Shown: in pieces, positions 61,348 through 64,000 of the stretch | Layout: each line of letters opens with the position of its first letter | Numbering within the stretch: the stretch's first letter is position 1 | Origin: Fistulifera solaris | Lineage: Eukaryota | Direction of reading: 5' to 3' | Assembly (NCBI GenBank): GCA_030295235.1 | Contig: AP026164.1 | Span: 2,232,001-2,296,000 of the forward strand | DNA: 64,000 nt | Program-made: the position numbers and the translations under genes | The notes under the pieces: generated by a model | What the model was told of the DNA's origin: nothing | The model's input: only the letters and a program-made list of their open reading frames with translations | Databases searched by the model: none

Positions 61348-63196
61348 ATGACAACTTTATCGCAATTTGTCGCTCTGCATTTCGTGTACCGCCGTCTCTT
61401 GCTGGGATGCGGTTTCCTTCCGCTCTTGATATTGATAGCGCCTATCCTCCTTTGGGTGTATTTGGGAATATGGAATTTACTTTCAGGAGGGTATGCCGGC
61501 GTCACGCATCTTCTGTCTTTCGGAATCGCCGTAACAGCGTATCATGGCATTCATACGTTGTCAAAAACGGAAGAATCACGTCAAAGAGCATTGCAGATCA
61601 ATCGACAATACGTTCCTTTACTCATGATATGCTGTGCACTCTTGATTCATGTAACAGCATCGTCATTAGGTTTGCGGCCGTTTTCGGGGCCGTATGGTTC
61701 GGTTTTCTCCTTTCGACAGTCTCTTCGCATGTCATTCGTTTTGACTCTTTTGGGGATTGCCATTCTGGCTCGATTTATGGGTCCTCAATCGTTGGGTAAG
61801 TCCGAATTGAACGTGTGCTGCATAATGTGTCAACGCACATGCTAACATCTGGTTTCTTGTTCTAGTTCGCTGCTCCACTGTCCCGTTGGCGCCGAACCCC
61901 GTCTATGTGGCGTTGCGTGATATCTGGAAGGATCCTCTTTCAATTGTGCAGCCTGGCGATACACCCGGAAAACTCCTCACTCATTCTTTTGATCGCGCTC
62001 CACGTAACACTCGACGCTTTCAAACGCCGACTTTGGCTTCGGAATTGGTTCATGCGGCCCTAGCGATAGTGTTGGGCGTGGTGCTGGCGTTGGTGATGGA
62101 GTTGCCCACACCACATGGTCATCACGAGTTATTGGGTCCCGCCATTCAATGGTGGACATCCGTCTTTATCTATTCGCTGTCGCTTCTGTTACCGGTATTC
62201 AACTTGGACCACGAATTGGATCCTAGAAATGTATCCATGAATGTGAAGAGTTGTCTGAAACGCGCCTCAAAGAATACCTTTTTCGCCATTCTTTTCGCAG
62301 CGATCCCTTCTATCACCTTCTTTCACTCGACTGCTTCTGGGATTCAATGGACAGCTCGTGTCGGCATCCATAGCCTCCTTGTCAGTTTGTACATTGAGTT
62401 CTTGCAACAAATCATCAGCATGGCAGTGTTTTACCCTTGTTCGGATTGTCGATTGCTCGTCCACGAATTGTACGATGACGGAACCGAATTGCCCTACGTC
62501 AAAGTATTGCTGTGCGGTATTTTACGCGGTGACGAGGCGGTGAATCTGATACACAAAGTCACGGCCGAGCAAGACGAATACGACCGCATCCGCAAGTATG
62601 CCGGGTCTTTGGCGTCTTCGCAGCTCAAAATGGGTGCCACCGCCGCCGGGGTGGAAAAGGCCGAAGCGATGCTCGAAGAAGATGTTCTCCAGTTGGTTTT
62701 ACTGGAATCTGTTTATAGTACCCGAAAAGCTGTTGTACATTTATTGGAGACGCCGCATTCTCTCTACCTCTTCCGGGCACTTTGTGTGACAATATCCACG
62801 TTTGCAGAAATCTTGTTGCGATGCACTTCACTGCAATCGACAACGGAGCTGGTATTGCCACCTGGCTTTTTGTGTGCGATCGAATATGCCGTTGTGGGTA
62901 TCTCGCGTTGTATTCAACAAAGCTTTCCCGGTGGCTCCGATTGGACGCTGTCGCCTCTGGCAACGGTGTTACCGAGTGTTCTGGAAAGCACCTTTTCCTT
63001 GCGATTGGCGTTGCTCGACTTTGCCCAACGGCGTGGGGATGGACGTCCGGTCGGCCTACACAGTCCGGAACTTATGCATTTGGTACGAGTGTGTGATAAT
63101 GCTACTCGACAATGGGTAGAAGGCAAATCCGTCAAATTGTGGAATATGGCGACGGAAGAATGGGTCCGAGAAATCAAAACACGTCCTGCCACCTAA
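61348..63196 (+). CDS. Multi-pass membrane protein, possibly nucleoporin NDC1-like (intron 61796-61865)
   Basis: A GTAAG...TCTAG intron joins the two ORFs in frame. Several N-terminal TM helices are followed by a helical soluble domain (VLPSVLESTFSLRLAL). The NDC1 identity rests on architecture only. Confidence 0.45.
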
Positions 63197-63553
63197 TATT
63201 ATTTCATATTGTGGCAGTGGAGGCCATTTCGACAACCTCTACCACAAATAAACTATCACTGTTTCATACTTCTCGCTATATCGTGATAGACAAAGTATTT
63301 AGATTCTTTTGTATTCATTATTTAACAACATAAATACAGTGCATGTGTGGTTCATCGTGACGGACGCCAGAATGGGTTAATCACGAGTCGCACGGTCTGT
63401 GCTACATACGGACGATCTCTATTAACACGAAACTATCCGTCGTGTCCGCTCCTCTTTCTTTTCACATAATAATACTTCACCGAGTGTCTTTGCAGTCATA
63501 CTCTCTTTCAATTTCATTTCTCATTCTTTATTCTACTTTTGTAAATCGTCATC

Positions 63554-63935
63554 ATGCCGCCCCCGAAGAAGGTCAAAAGGTGATGACATTGCCGATCAAT
63601 GTCATCTTTTCGCATCTGCAGGTACGTGCAGGGATGCGAGCCATCCAATGGGCACCTTTCTCTCTTTCTGACACACTTTTTGTTATTTTTTCCAAAAAAA
63701 AAGAAAAAAGACGCGCGTACGAATATGGCTGTACGAAGATACACGCATGCAAATTGAAGGTCAAATAATTGGCTTTGACGAATACATGAACATGGTCCTC
63801 GACGATGCCGTCGAATTGGACGCTAAAAAGAATAATTCACGACAAGAAGTGGGACGTATTTTGTTGAAGGGTGATTCCATTACCATGTTGCAAGAAGCTC
63901 AACCCGTACGACCGGCTGCCGAAGAGGAAGGATAA
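63554..63935 (+). CDS. SNRPE: Small nuclear ribonucleoprotein Sm E (intron about 63622-63703)
   Basis: KVMTLPINVIFSHLQ | TRVRIWLYEDTRMQIEGQIIGFDEYMNMVLDDAVE...GRILLKGDSIT. Small indels in A-runs. Confidence 0.95.
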
Positions 63936-64000
63936 ATTTTTCTTGTCAGGTGATGAGGCAAATGAGAAGCGGAAATGGAATGTAGTATATCTCCAGAGGT

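Overview
Gene-dense eukaryotic nuclear DNA, most likely from a diatom. This is inferred from short (about 60-140 nt) GT-AG introns, signal peptide + ASAF-type plastid presequences, a diatom-type CP12 and a CoDi-like Copia element. About 26 protein-coding genes can be read: GRIP golgin, ABCF, HXXXD acyltransferase-like, Dad1, TPR protein, VPS50, V-ATPase H, M43 protease, TBC RabGAP, MDP1-CSD-ASCH fusion, MYND finger, Ser-rich protein, RPS26, CP12-like, CHMP2, TMEM65-ACT, GT31-like, CCDC43, Pol5/MYBBP1A, RINT1, polyQ-MORN, RNASEK-like, MGDG synthase, PNP, M16A insulinase, NDC1-like and SmE. Many are broken by single-base indels, mostly in homopolymers, which look like long-read assembly errors. 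A complete, very young 7.1 kb Ty1/Copia LTR retrotransposon (33434-40530, minus strand, GTATG target-site duplication, TG...GA ends, half-tRNA-type PBS) sits in a divergent promoter. The best candidates for undescribed biology are a plastid-targeted phosphatase-cold-shock-ASCH fusion, a mitochondrial TMEM65-ACT fusion, a hidden tail anchor on PNP, a Tat-type lumenal insulinase, and a recurrent upstream palindrome TACCWGGTA. All family calls come from motif recognition by eye, not from database searches.
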